Source of the DNA: Acidimicrobiales bacterium
GTDB taxonomy: Bacteria > Actinomycetota > Acidimicrobiia > Acidimicrobiales > SZUA-35
Direction of reading: 5' to 3'
Length of the DNA: 64,000 nt
Assembly (NCBI GenBank): GCA_047974625.1
Contig: JBKECK010000054.1
Location: 148,687 to 212,686, forward strand
Shown here in pieces: positions 55,059 to 63,234 of this stretch. The position numbers were made by a program, and so were the translations under genes. Below the pieces are notes generated by a model that was not told where the DNA came from, did no database searches, and saw only the letters and a list, made by a program, of their open reading frames with translations. Each line of letters starts with the position of its first letter. The first letter of the stretch is position 1.

Positions 55059-55694
55059 TCAGTCCCGGCGGCCGGTCACGGCCAGTTGGGCGCCGAGGCC
55101 GATCATCACCAGGCCGCCCCCGGCCCGCAACCGCTCCAGCCGCCGGGGGGAACGGGCGAACCAGGTCCGGGCGGTGCCGGCCGCCAGGCCCCAGGCCCCG
55201 TCAGAGACCAGGGCGACCATGCTGAAGACGCCGCCCAGGACGAGCATCTGCACACCGGCGGGGGCACCGGTAGGGCTGACGAACTGGGGGAGGATGGCGG
55301 CGAAGAACACGATCGCCTTGGGGTTGGCGGCGCCGACGACAACCCCGTCGAGGAACACCGACCGGAACGACCCCCGCTCCGGGGCCACCTCGACGGTGGC
55401 CGCGTCGCGCCGGTGCCGCATCGCCTGAACACCCAGCCAGACCAGATAGCCGGCGCCGGCCAGCTTCACCGCGGTGAACACCGCGATGGAACGGGCCACG
55501 ATGGCACCGAGGCCGACAGCCACCAGCACGACCTGGGCGTACACACCGACCACATTGCCGAGCACCGTCACCAGGGCGGTCCGCCGGCCGAACGACACCG
55601 CCCGGCTGACCACGAACAGCACGCTCGGCCCCGGCACCACGATCAGGGCGAAGGCGAGGCCGGCGAAGGCGGCGATGGATCCCGGGGACGGCAT
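55059..55694 (-). CDS. LysE/RhtB-family amino-acid exporter
   Basis: 211 aa, about 6 TM helices. The N-terminus FALIVVPGPSVLFVVSRAV is typical of LysE translocators. Confidence 0.8.
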   Translation of the reverse strand: MPSPGSIAAFAGLAFALIVVPGPSVLFVVSRAVSFGRRTALVTVLGNVVGVYAQVVLVAVGLGAIVARSIAVFTAVKLAGAGYLVWLGVQAMRHRRDAATVEVAPERGSFRSVFLDGVVVGAANPKAIVFFAAILPQFVSPTGAPAGVQMLVLGGVFSMVALVSDGAWGLAAGTARTWFARSPRRLERLRAGGGLVMIGLGAQLAVTGRRD

Positions 55695-55730
55695 CCGGCG
55701 AACCGTATCGGCGTCGGTCCGCGAACTTCG

Positions 55731-56060
55731 CTACCGCCCGGCCCGCCGGCGGTCGAGCAGATCGTCCAGGCCCTCCGGCGGATCGACCACCTCCACGACC
55801 TTGCTCCGATGGGTGGCCCCGTGGACGATGGAGAGCTGCCGTCTCCGGACCTTCAGCACCGAGGCCAGGAGCTTGATCACGGCGTCGTTGGCCCGGCCGT
55901 CGACGGCGGGAGCGGTGACGGCCACCACCAGGGCGTCCGCCTCACCCCAGGTTCCACCCACCGCGGCCGCCGACGAACCCGGTTTCACCCTGATCTCGAA
56001 GCGCGCCGGTGCCGTCACCGCCTCGATCGTGGCGCCTGATCCGTCCCCGGGCAAGCCCAC
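55731..56060 (-). CDS. DUF167 (YggU) family protein
   Basis: About 109 aa, with the VKPGSS... and AVDGRANDAVIKLLA pattern characteristic of DUF167. Confidence 0.7.
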   Translation of the reverse strand: MGLPGDGSGATIEAVTAPARFEIRVKPGSSAAAVGGTWGEADALVVAVTAPAVDGRANDAVIKLLASVLKVRRRQLSIVHGATHRSKVVEVVDPPEGLDDLLDRRRAGR

Positions 56061-56101
56061 GGCGACGCCAGTGGGCCGGGCCCGGGGACGAGCCGATCGG
56101 A

Positions 56102-56389
56102 TCAGTCCAGGTCAATTAGAAAGTCAACCCACATGAGGGTGGGGCCGTCGGCGCCGTCGAGGACCTGGAGGGCCACCGAGAACCGCCGGGCCCCGTCAGC
56201 CATGAGGATCACCCCGTCCACAATCCGGATGTCCGGACGGGCCGAGATGGTCATGGGAAGGTCCGGCCAGTAACGCTCGGCCACGGCGACCGCGTTGAAC
56301 ATCTCACCCAGCAGGGCCCGGCGGAGCCCCTCGTCGAGGTGCTCCAGCTCGGCCTCCACCAGTGACGCATAATCGAGGGGCGTGGGCAC
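56102..56389 (-). CDS. hypothetical small protein (about 95 aa)
   Basis: High GC3 coding signal. The upstream part of track ORF 56102..56761 runs through a 17-bp (non-triplet) repeat and is rejected. The GTG at 56389 is the first plausible start. No family recognised. Confidence 0.45.
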   Translation of the reverse strand: MPTPLDYASLVEAELEHLDEGLRRALLGEMFNAVAVAERYWPDLPMTISARPDIRIVDGVILMADGARRFSVALQVLDGADGPTLMWVDFLIDLD

Positions 56390-56426
56390 TGGAATCAGCC
56401 TATGACACCGGAGTGACACCGAACCG

Positions 56427-56492
56427 ACCGTGTCCTGCTGACAACCGTGTCCTGCTGACAACCGTGTCCTGCTGACAACCGTGTCCTGCTGA
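56427..56492. repeat. 17-bp tandem direct repeat ACCGTGTCCTGCTGACA, about 3.9 copies
   Basis: Read directly in the divergent gap between two small hypothetical ORFs. The period is not a multiple of 3. Confidence 0.9.
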
Positions 56493-56539
56493 TGTACGGC
56501 CTTCGGGACGACACCGCCGATGTCGGGTAGTATTGCTGC

Positions 56540-56803
56540 ATGGCGTGGCCACCAGCCCCGATCGTGTCGTTCCAACCCACCTACGAACGGCTGGACGGCC
56601 GGATGAGTGCTGAGGACGAGGCCGCCTACGGGAAGCTCCACCTCGAACTGGCCGCCCGCCTGCGGGAACGTGAGGGTGACGATGCCCCGACGAGGCTGCG
56701 GCCCTCCGACATGTGGGATCGGTTCTTCGGGCCCGCGGTCACCGACGAGCAGTGGGCCCACCGGACCGAGTGGTGCACCCGGCTCGGCCAGCAGGTCGAC
56801 TGA
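56540..56803 (+). CDS. hypothetical small protein (87 aa; may start at the ATG at 56603)
   Basis: High GC3 and a plausible acidic/helical sequence. No family recognised. Confidence 0.4.
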   Translation: MAWPPAPIVSFQPTYERLDGRMSAEDEAAYGKLHLELAARLREREGDDAPTRLRPSDMWDRFFGPAVTDEQWAHRTEWCTRLGQQVD

Positions 56804-56824
56804 GAGGACCGGCGCACCCCACCA

Positions 56825-57775
56825 TCACAGGGCGGCGAGCGCCGGGTTGACCTCGGCGGCGAGCCACTCTGGGACCACGTCCTCCTCGTGGCAGAAGTGC
56901 TCGAATACCACCTCGTCGAGGCCGAGCGCCCGCAGCCGGCCGACCCGATCGACCAGCTCCTCGACCGTCCCCATCCACGGTGCCCGCCCGACGGCGGCCG
57001 CGTTCTCCAGAGTGAGGCGCCGTCCCCGGGGCGACATCATGGCCAGGTAGCGGTCGAGGGCCAGGTCCCGGCTGCGCCGATCGGGGCCGATGGCCGCGAA
57101 CAGGAGCATCGACCGTCGGATGTCGGCCGGGTCCCGCCCTACGGTGGCGCAGTGGCGCTCGAGGGCGTCGACCGCAGCCGCGTAGCCCTCCGGGTCCATG
57201 CCGGTGGCGTTCCACTCGGCGGCGTGCTCGGCCACGATCCGCAGGGTCCGGCGTGGCCCGGTCCCTCCCACCAGGATGGGTGGTCGGCCGACGGGCGGGT
57301 GGGGCTGGGAGTCGGTGCCATCGATCCGGTAGTACTCCCCCTTGAACGTCCCGGCGTCGGAGTACCACAACCGCTTCATCAGGGTGATGGCCTCCTCCAG
57401 GCGGTCGTAGCGTTCGGGGGCGGAAGGGAACTCGAGGCCGTAGACCTCGTGCTCGTCGGGGAACCAGCCGGCCCCCAGGCCGAGCACGAACCGTCCACCG
57501 CTCAGGGCGTCGAGCTGTTGGGCCATGCGCCCCACGTCCACCGGCCGGCGGAACGTCACCGGTGACACCAAGGGACCGAACCGGACCCGGCCGGTCTCCT
57601 CGGCCGCCATCACGAAGCTCAGGTACACGTCGACGGCGTCCTTCTGGGTGCCGTTGTAGTAGTGGTCGGAGCGGACCAACGAATGGAAGCCCAGCCCGTC
57701 GACCAGGCGGCAGATGTGCCGCCACCGGTCCCAGGTCAGCGGGGTGGCCTCACCCACGATCATGCCCACGTCCAT
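56825..57775 (-). CDS. LLM-class F420-dependent oxidoreductase
   Basis: Luciferase-like TIM barrel (GFHSLVRSDHY..., RFVLGLGAGWFPDEHEVYG). Confidence 0.8.
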   Translation of the reverse strand: MDVGMIVGEATPLTWDRWRHICRLVDGLGFHSLVRSDHYYNGTQKDAVDVYLSFVMAAEETGRVRFGPLVSPVTFRRPVDVGRMAQQLDALSGGRFVLGLGAGWFPDEHEVYGLEFPSAPERYDRLEEAITLMKRLWYSDAGTFKGEYYRIDGTDSQPHPPVGRPPILVGGTGPRRTLRIVAEHAAEWNATGMDPEGYAAAVDALERHCATVGRDPADIRRSMLLFAAIGPDRRSRDLALDRYLAMMSPRGRRLTLENAAAVGRAPWMGTVEELVDRVGRLRALGLDEVVFEHFCHEEDVVPEWLAAEVNPALAAL

Positions 57776-57903
57776 ATGCCGCGCCCTCCCCCTCGACGTG
57801 CCCGCCTTGACCCCGGGCCACCATGATCAAGATCGTATGCTGCCGATCCACGGGGATCGAACGTCCGCGTCGACCCGAGCACCCAACGCCTGAGGAGACC
57901 AGC

Positions 57904-58332
57904 ATGGCGAATCCACCGGTCAACCCGTCCCACCAGATCTCGCTCGACGGTGCCCGCACCGTCCTCGACGCCGCCCTCACCCAGGCGGCTCGGATGGGCC
58001 TGGCCTTCTGCATCACCGTCGCCGACCCGTCCGGCGAGCCGGTGACCACGGCCCGGATGGACGGGGCGCCGCGCCTGTCAGCCGGGATCGCCGCCAACAA
58101 GGCCTACAGCGTCGCCGGCTTCAACGGCATGCCCACCAACCGCTGGTGGGACATGGTCAAGGACAACGGCCCCCTGTTGCACGGGCTGACCCTGACCCCC
58201 CGCCTCACCATCTTCGGCGGTGGGCTGCCCATCCTGGTGGACGGGGATCTGGTCGGGGCGATCGGTGTGTCGGGCGGCTCCGCCGAGCAGGACACCGAGG
58301 TGGCCGCGGCGGGGGCCGCGGCCCTCGGCTGA
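57904..58332 (+). CDS. GlcG/HbpS-like heme-binding (DUF336) protein
   Basis: LDGARTVLDAALTQAARMG...ITVADPSGEPV...AANKAYSV...GGGLPI...GAIGVSGGSAEQD is a textbook DUF336 pattern. The internal ATG (MANPP) was chosen. Confidence 0.8.
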   Translation: MANPPVNPSHQISLDGARTVLDAALTQAARMGLAFCITVADPSGEPVTTARMDGAPRLSAGIAANKAYSVAGFNGMPTNRWWDMVKDNGPLLHGLTLTPRLTIFGGGLPILVDGDLVGAIGVSGGSAEQDTEVAAAGAAALG

Positions 58333-58369
58333 TGCCGCCGACGCCGCGGCCGTTCGTACTGTCAGTCCC

Positions 58370-58429
58370 CCCAACGACGGTCCTCCCAACGACGGTCCTC
58401 CCAACGACGGTGCACCCGACAACGGTGCA
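58370..58429. repeat. 15-bp tandem repeat CCCAACGACGGTCCT x4 (last two copies variant)
   Basis: Read directly in the gap after glcG. It translates as PPNDG in one frame and PTTVL in another. Confidence 0.85.
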
Positions 58430-58474
58430 CTCCTCAGTGCTGCCGGTCGCCCGCCGGGACCGGGGCCTTCGGAC

Positions 58475-59182
58475 GTGACCGGGCCCGCCAACCCCCTGCT
58501 GGAGGCCCTCCGGCGGGCCGCCCCCGGGGACGGGGCCGCCCGGGACGACGCCATCGGCCGCTACGGGTTCGCCGTGCCTGACGAGGTGGCCCTGGCCGCC
58601 ATCGCCCGGCACGCTCCGGCCGGGGTGGTGGAGATCGGCGCCGGTACCGGCTACTGGGCCGCCCAACTAGCCGGGCACGGGCTCGATGTGGCCGCCTACG
58701 ATCCCCAGCCGGCCCCATCGCCGGACAATCGGTGGTTCGCCGGGGCCGAGCCGTGGTTCGAGCTGACCACGGCCGACCACCGGGTGGTGGAACGGCACCC
58801 GGACCGGCTGCTCCTGCTCGTCTGGCCGACCCGGAACGAGACGTGGGCGGCCGAGGCGATCGAGTCCTACGCCGCGGCGGGTGGCGACCGCGTGGCCTAT
58901 GTGGGCGAGGGCCCGGGGGGACGGACCGGGGACGATCGCTTCCACGCCCTGTTGGGCGAGATCGACCGGTGCCTGCGCTGCGCCTACGAGGTGGCCGACA
59001 CAGCCTGCACCTGTGGCGTGACCCCGCTCTGGGAGCGGGTCGAGCGGATCGAGCTGCCCCACTGGCCTGACTGCCAGGACCGGCTCCACATCTACCGCCC
59101 CGTCTCCGCGGGCACCCCGGCTGGGGGCGGGCCCCGGCGACGGCGGTGGCTGGGCGGTGGACGACAACGTCGGAGCCGCTGA
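58475..59182 (+). CDS. putative class I methyltransferase-fold protein with C-terminal Cys cluster
   Basis: VVEIGAGTGYWAAQLAGHGLDVAAYD resembles SAM motif I. The C-terminus has CLRC...CTCG...C. The start is uncertain: the GTG at 58475 was chosen, but the ORF is open from 58220. Confidence 0.5.
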   Translation: MTGPANPLLEALRRAAPGDGAARDDAIGRYGFAVPDEVALAAIARHAPAGVVEIGAGTGYWAAQLAGHGLDVAAYDPQPAPSPDNRWFAGAEPWFELTTADHRVVERHPDRLLLLVWPTRNETWAAEAIESYAAAGGDRVAYVGEGPGGRTGDDRFHALLGEIDRCLRCAYEVADTACTCGVTPLWERVERIELPHWPDCQDRLHIYRPVSAGTPAGGGPRRRRWLGGGRQRRSR

Positions 59183-59214
59183 CCGGCCGGTCGCCCGGGT
59201 TCACGCCCGGGCCT

Positions 59215-60369
59215 TCACCTCTCCGGGAGGGTGATCGCCCCATCGGCGGCCAGGCGACCGATCTCCTCGTCCGAGAACCCGAACCGGGCCAGCACCGTGC
59301 CAGTGTGCTGGCCGACGGCGGGCGGGGGCGCGGTTGGGGCAGGCATGGTGCCGTCCAGGCGGATACCGGCCCCCGGCAGGTAGAGGGGCTCGTCGGCTCC
59401 GGGGACGTCGACCGGGCTCAGCAGACCCCGCTCGATCGGATACCCCTCCCCGGTCACCTCGCTGAGCGACCGGACCCGGGCCGCCGGCACCCCGGCCGCG
59501 TTCAGCCTCGTCTCCCACCGGGTCGCGGTATCGGTGGCGAAGATGCCGCCGAGGACGGCGCGGGCCCGGTCCACGTCGTCGGTGGGCAACGGGTCGACAC
59601 CCAGCAGGGCTTCCAGCTTGGTCAGGTGACTGGCTTTGTTGGCGGCCAGCATCAGCCAACCGTCGCTGGTCTCGAATGCCCCCGAGGCGACCGCTCCGCT
59701 GAAGGCGTTGTTGCCGGTCCGGGGCGGATCGACTCCGGTCGCCTGGGTGTTGACCAGGGCGGCCGCGTTCATTAGGAGGCCGGCGTCGAGCATGGTGGCG
59801 TCCACCCGGACAGCCCGGCCGGTGCGGCGCCGTTCCAGGATCCCGGCCAGGAGCCCGAAGGCCAGGAGGAGACCGCCCCCGTAATCGAGGTATGGGGCAC
59901 CCACCTTGATGGGCGGGCCGCCGGGGAACCCCGAGCTCATCATGGTCCCGCTGACGGCCTGGACCACATGGTCGAAGCCGGGCCGGCCGGCGTAGGGGCC
60001 CGACGATCCGAACGCGCTCAGGGAGCCGTAGACGATCGTCGGGTTCCGTTTCCGGGCGTCGTCCCAACCGAGCCCCATCGACTCGGCGGTGCCGGGGGCG
60101 AATCCCTCCACGAACACGTCGGCCGCCTCGATGAGCCGGCGGACGACCTCAGACCCGCCGGGAGATCGCAGGTCTACGGTCACCGACTGCTTCCCCGCGT
60201 TCTGGGTGGCGAAACCGCGTGGATTGCCGCCGCGCATCCACTCCCCCGCCGGGGGCTCGATCTTGACCACCTCGGCCCCGAGCAGGTGGAGCAGGTAGGT
60301 GGCAAACGGGGTGGCCAGCACCTGCCCCATGTCGACGACGACGACACCGTCGAGTGGACGTTCGGCCAT
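59215..60369 (-). CDS. CoA-transferase family III (CaiB/BaiF) protein
   Basis: LDGVVVVDMGQVLATPFATYLLHLLGAEVVKIE... plus a conserved Asp context (GRPGFDHVVQA). The internal ATG (MAERPL) was chosen. Confidence 0.85.
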   Translation of the reverse strand: MAERPLDGVVVVDMGQVLATPFATYLLHLLGAEVVKIEPPAGEWMRGGNPRGFATQNAGKQSVTVDLRSPGGSEVVRRLIEAADVFVEGFAPGTAESMGLGWDDARKRNPTIVYGSLSAFGSSGPYAGRPGFDHVVQAVSGTMMSSGFPGGPPIKVGAPYLDYGGGLLLAFGLLAGILERRRTGRAVRVDATMLDAGLLMNAAALVNTQATGVDPPRTGNNAFSGAVASGAFETSDGWLMLAANKASHLTKLEALLGVDPLPTDDVDRARAVLGGIFATDTATRWETRLNAAGVPAARVRSLSEVTGEGYPIERGLLSPVDVPGADEPLYLPGAGIRLDGTMPAPTAPPPAVGQHTGTVLARFGFSDEEIGRLAADGAITLPER

Positions 60370-60411
60370 GGCGACGACCCTAGCCCCTGAGGTGACCACG
60401 GGCACACCGGC

Positions 60412-60906
60412 TCAGTGGTCGGAGAGCCGCTGGCCGATAAGGCGGGTCCCCGGTCCGGGCCCACCGCCCGGCCCCGGTCCGGCGCTGACCCCCTCGGCCT
60501 GCACCGGCTCGCCACAATGCGCACAGACCACGGCGACCTCGATGGGGTGGCCGTGGTGATAGGTGATCGCCGGAGGACCGGCGTCGCCGGCCAGCCAGCG
60601 ATCACCCCAGGCCAGCACGGCGAGGATGATGGGCACCAGATCCCGGCCCTGCTCGGTAAGCAGGTAGTCGTGGCGGAGTGGCCGCTGCTGGTAGGCCCGC
60701 CGCTCGACGAGCCCGTCGTCGACCAGTTCCTGCAGCCGTTGGGTGAGCACCTTGCGCGAGACGCCGAGGTCGGCCACAAGCTGGTCGAACCGGGTCAGGC
60801 CCACGTGCAGGTCCCGCACCACCAGCGCCTTCCACGGATCGCCCATGACCGCGAACGAGCGGGCGATCGAGCAGCGCATGGTACCGAAGTCGGTGGAGGC
60901 CCCCAT
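60412..60906 (-). CDS. HxlR-family regulator with C-terminal His/Cys extension (paralogue 3)
   Basis: CSIARSFAVMGDPWKALVVRDLHVGLTRFDQLVADLGV. Tail: WGDRWLAGDAGPPAITYHHGHPIEVAVVCAHCGEPV. The internal ATG (MGAST) was chosen. Confidence 0.8.
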   Translation of the reverse strand: MGASTDFGTMRCSIARSFAVMGDPWKALVVRDLHVGLTRFDQLVADLGVSRKVLTQRLQELVDDGLVERRAYQQRPLRHDYLLTEQGRDLVPIILAVLAWGDRWLAGDAGPPAITYHHGHPIEVAVVCAHCGEPVQAEGVSAGPGPGGGPGPGTRLIGQRLSDH

Positions 60907-60971
60907 GGGGTAGGTTCCCTTCAGAGACTTACTAGGGTATGTGAGTTCCCAACGGAGACTCAGGAGGATCA

Positions 60972-61427
60972 ATGTACTGGAGAACTGTTGAACGTCAGGT
61001 CCGAGCCACGTTCGCGGAGCTCAACAAGGGCAACTATCCGGCCATGCTCGATTCCCTGGCCCCCAACTTTGAATACCACTTCATCGGCGACCACTCCCTC
61101 GGCGGCCGCCGAACCACGATCGAGACCATGGACCGGTGGTGGCAACGCGTGCTGCGCCTGCTTCCCGACCTCCGGTTCGACATCCGGGACGTGATCGTCC
61201 GCGGCCACCCCCTGGACACCCGGATCGCGGTGCGGTCCACGGTCTCGGGCCATTCGCCCCTGGGGGACCCGTACCGGAACGAGATGATGCAGTTCATGCA
61301 CCTCCGACTCGGCAAACTGACCCGGGTGGAGAGCCTGGAGGACACGGCCCTGCTCCAGACCTTCCTGTCGGAGCTGGATCCGGCCGACCATCCCGACGCC
61401 GCCGCCCCGCCCCTGGTGGACGCGTAG
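60972..61427 (+). CDS. SnoaL-like / NTF2-fold protein
   Basis: 151 aa. A FAELNKGNYPAMLDSLAPNFEYHF-type N-terminus typical of SnoaL_2 domains. Divergent from HxlR paralogue 3. Confidence 0.65.
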   Translation: MYWRTVERQVRATFAELNKGNYPAMLDSLAPNFEYHFIGDHSLGGRRTTIETMDRWWQRVLRLLPDLRFDIRDVIVRGHPLDTRIAVRSTVSGHSPLGDPYRNEMMQFMHLRLGKLTRVESLEDTALLQTFLSELDPADHPDAAAPPLVDA

Positions 61428-61457
61428 GGGCGACCCGGGGCCGGCCGGCCGGGCCCA

Positions 61458-61808
61458 CTACCCGACCTGGAACGGGCGGAGCTCGATCGGACCCTCGGCG
61501 GCGGCGGCCGCCTTGGCCGCCCACACCATGGCCGCGTCCGAGTCGTCGGCCTCGAGCACCCAGAATCCACCCATCTGGGCCGGGCCGCCGGCATAGGGGC
61601 CGGCCGTCGTCGCCGACCCTTCACCGGAGGACCGCACCACCGTCGCTGACGAGGCCGGCTGCAGTCCGCCACCGAACACCCAGGCCCCGGCGGCCGTGAT
61701 CTCCTCGTTGAACGCCCCGACCTGAGCTCCGATCCGTTGGGCATCCCCACTGTCGAAGTCAATGTCGTACTCGTCGTCGTGCCATACCGAGATCAGATAC
61801 TGAGCCAT
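61458..61808 (-). CDS. YciI-family protein
   Basis: 116 aa. MAQYLISVWHDD... and GGFWVLEADDSDAAMVWAAK are typical YciI/DGPF-like sequences. Confidence 0.75.
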   Translation of the reverse strand: MAQYLISVWHDDEYDIDFDSGDAQRIGAQVGAFNEEITAAGAWVFGGGLQPASSATVVRSSGEGSATTAGPYAGGPAQMGGFWVLEADDSDAAMVWAAKAAAAAEGPIELRPFQVG

Positions 61809-61914
61809 GACGGCATTGTGCCCGACGACGGGAACTCCGTGGCTGCCGACGTCGAGGAAGGCGAACTCTCGGTCCAATACCGGGAATCGTTCTTGTTCCC
61901 ATTACCCTAGGGGG

Positions 61915-63231
61915 ATGACCCACCCCCAGGTCCCGGACACCCGGATGCCCGTCGGCGGCACCGACGTCGACGTCTGCATCCTCGGAGCCGGCCCCCACGG
62001 CCTGGCCGCCGCGGTCCATCTCCGAACGGCCCGACCCGGCGTCGGCATCATCACCCTCGATCCGTCCGGCGCCTGGCTCACCACCTGGCACAACCAGATG
62101 GCCCGGGCCGAGATCGCCACCCTCCGCTCCCCCATCGTGCACCATCCGTCGCCCGACCCCTCCGGCCTCGCCCGACACCTCACCGACCGTCGGCTCGCCT
62201 CCTCCGGCCTCCCCTACGAGGTCCCAACCACGACGGCGTTCGCCTCCTTCTGCGCCGAGCTGATCACGGGCCACGGCCTGGACGCCCCCGTCGCCGCCCG
62301 ACCGAGATCGATCACCCCGACCAGATCGCGGGTCCGGATCGAGGCCGGCCGGGCCACCATCCACGCCTCCCGGGTGATCGTGGCCACCAACCCCCACCAC
62401 CGGGTGGTCCCCGAGTGGGTGTGGCCCCTCCTCGGCCGTGAGCCCGGCCTGTTCGCCCACGCCGCCGACCTCGACCTCACCGACCTGGATCCGGCCGGCA
62501 CCGCCGACCTCGACGGCGAGCGGGTGGCCGTCATCGGCGGTGGCTTGAGCGCGGCCCACCTCGCCTGCGGGGCGGCGCGGCGCGGGGCCTCCGTGGAGCT
62601 GGTGATGCGGGGCCGCCAGCGGGTCCGCCCCTTCGACACCGACCCCGGATGGCTCGGTCCCCGGTGCCTCCGGACCTTCGAGGCCGACCCGGACCCAGCC
62701 AGCCGGCTCCTCCGGGCCCGGGCGGCGCGCGGGGGCGGCTCGGTGCCACCTTGGATGCGGGAGCGACTCGACGCCCTCGTCGACGAGGGCCGGCTAGTCG
62801 TCCGCGAGGCGTGCTCTGTGCGGGCTGGCTCGGTGGATCCAGACGGACGCGGCCGTCTGGCCCTCGCCGACCACACCACCCTGCTCGCCGATCGGGTCTG
62901 GTTGGCCACGGGAACGACCCCGGACATCGCCGCCGACCGAGCCCTGGCCGGACTGGTGCCCGACCATCCCGTCGTCGAGGGCCTACCCGTCGTCGGCCCC
63001 GACCTCGAGCTCGGCTCGTCGCGGGTCCACATCATGGGACGCCTCGCCACGCTCGCCCTCGGCCCGGCCGCCGGGAACCTGTGGGGGGCGCAGCGGGCGG
63101 CCCGCCAGATCACCCACACCGTCACCGGAGTCGATCTCAGTGTGGACACCGTGGCCGCGGCGCCCCCACCCCCACCCCGATCGGCCCAATCATCCGGCCA
63201 TAACCTGTCCGGTTCGATCCCTACCCCGTGA
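61915..63231 (+). CDS. FAD/NAD(P)-binding oxidoreductase (two-dinucleotide-binding-domain flavoprotein)
   Basis: GxGxxG (ILGAGPHGLAAA), a second Rossmann motif (VIGGGLSAAHLA) and an ATG-like motif (LATGTTPD). The internal ATG (MTHPQ) was chosen. Confidence 0.6.
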   Translation: MTHPQVPDTRMPVGGTDVDVCILGAGPHGLAAAVHLRTARPGVGIITLDPSGAWLTTWHNQMARAEIATLRSPIVHHPSPDPSGLARHLTDRRLASSGLPYEVPTTTAFASFCAELITGHGLDAPVAARPRSITPTRSRVRIEAGRATIHASRVIVATNPHHRVVPEWVWPLLGREPGLFAHAADLDLTDLDPAGTADLDGERVAVIGGGLSAAHLACGAARRGASVELVMRGRQRVRPFDTDPGWLGPRCLRTFEADPDPASRLLRARAARGGGSVPPWMRERLDALVDEGRLVVREACSVRAGSVDPDGRGRLALADHTTLLADRVWLATGTTPDIAADRALAGLVPDHPVVEGLPVVGPDLELGSSRVHIMGRLATLALGPAAGNLWGAQRAARQITHTVTGVDLSVDTVAAAPPPPPRSAQSSGHNLSGSIPTP

Positions 63232-63234
63232 GCC

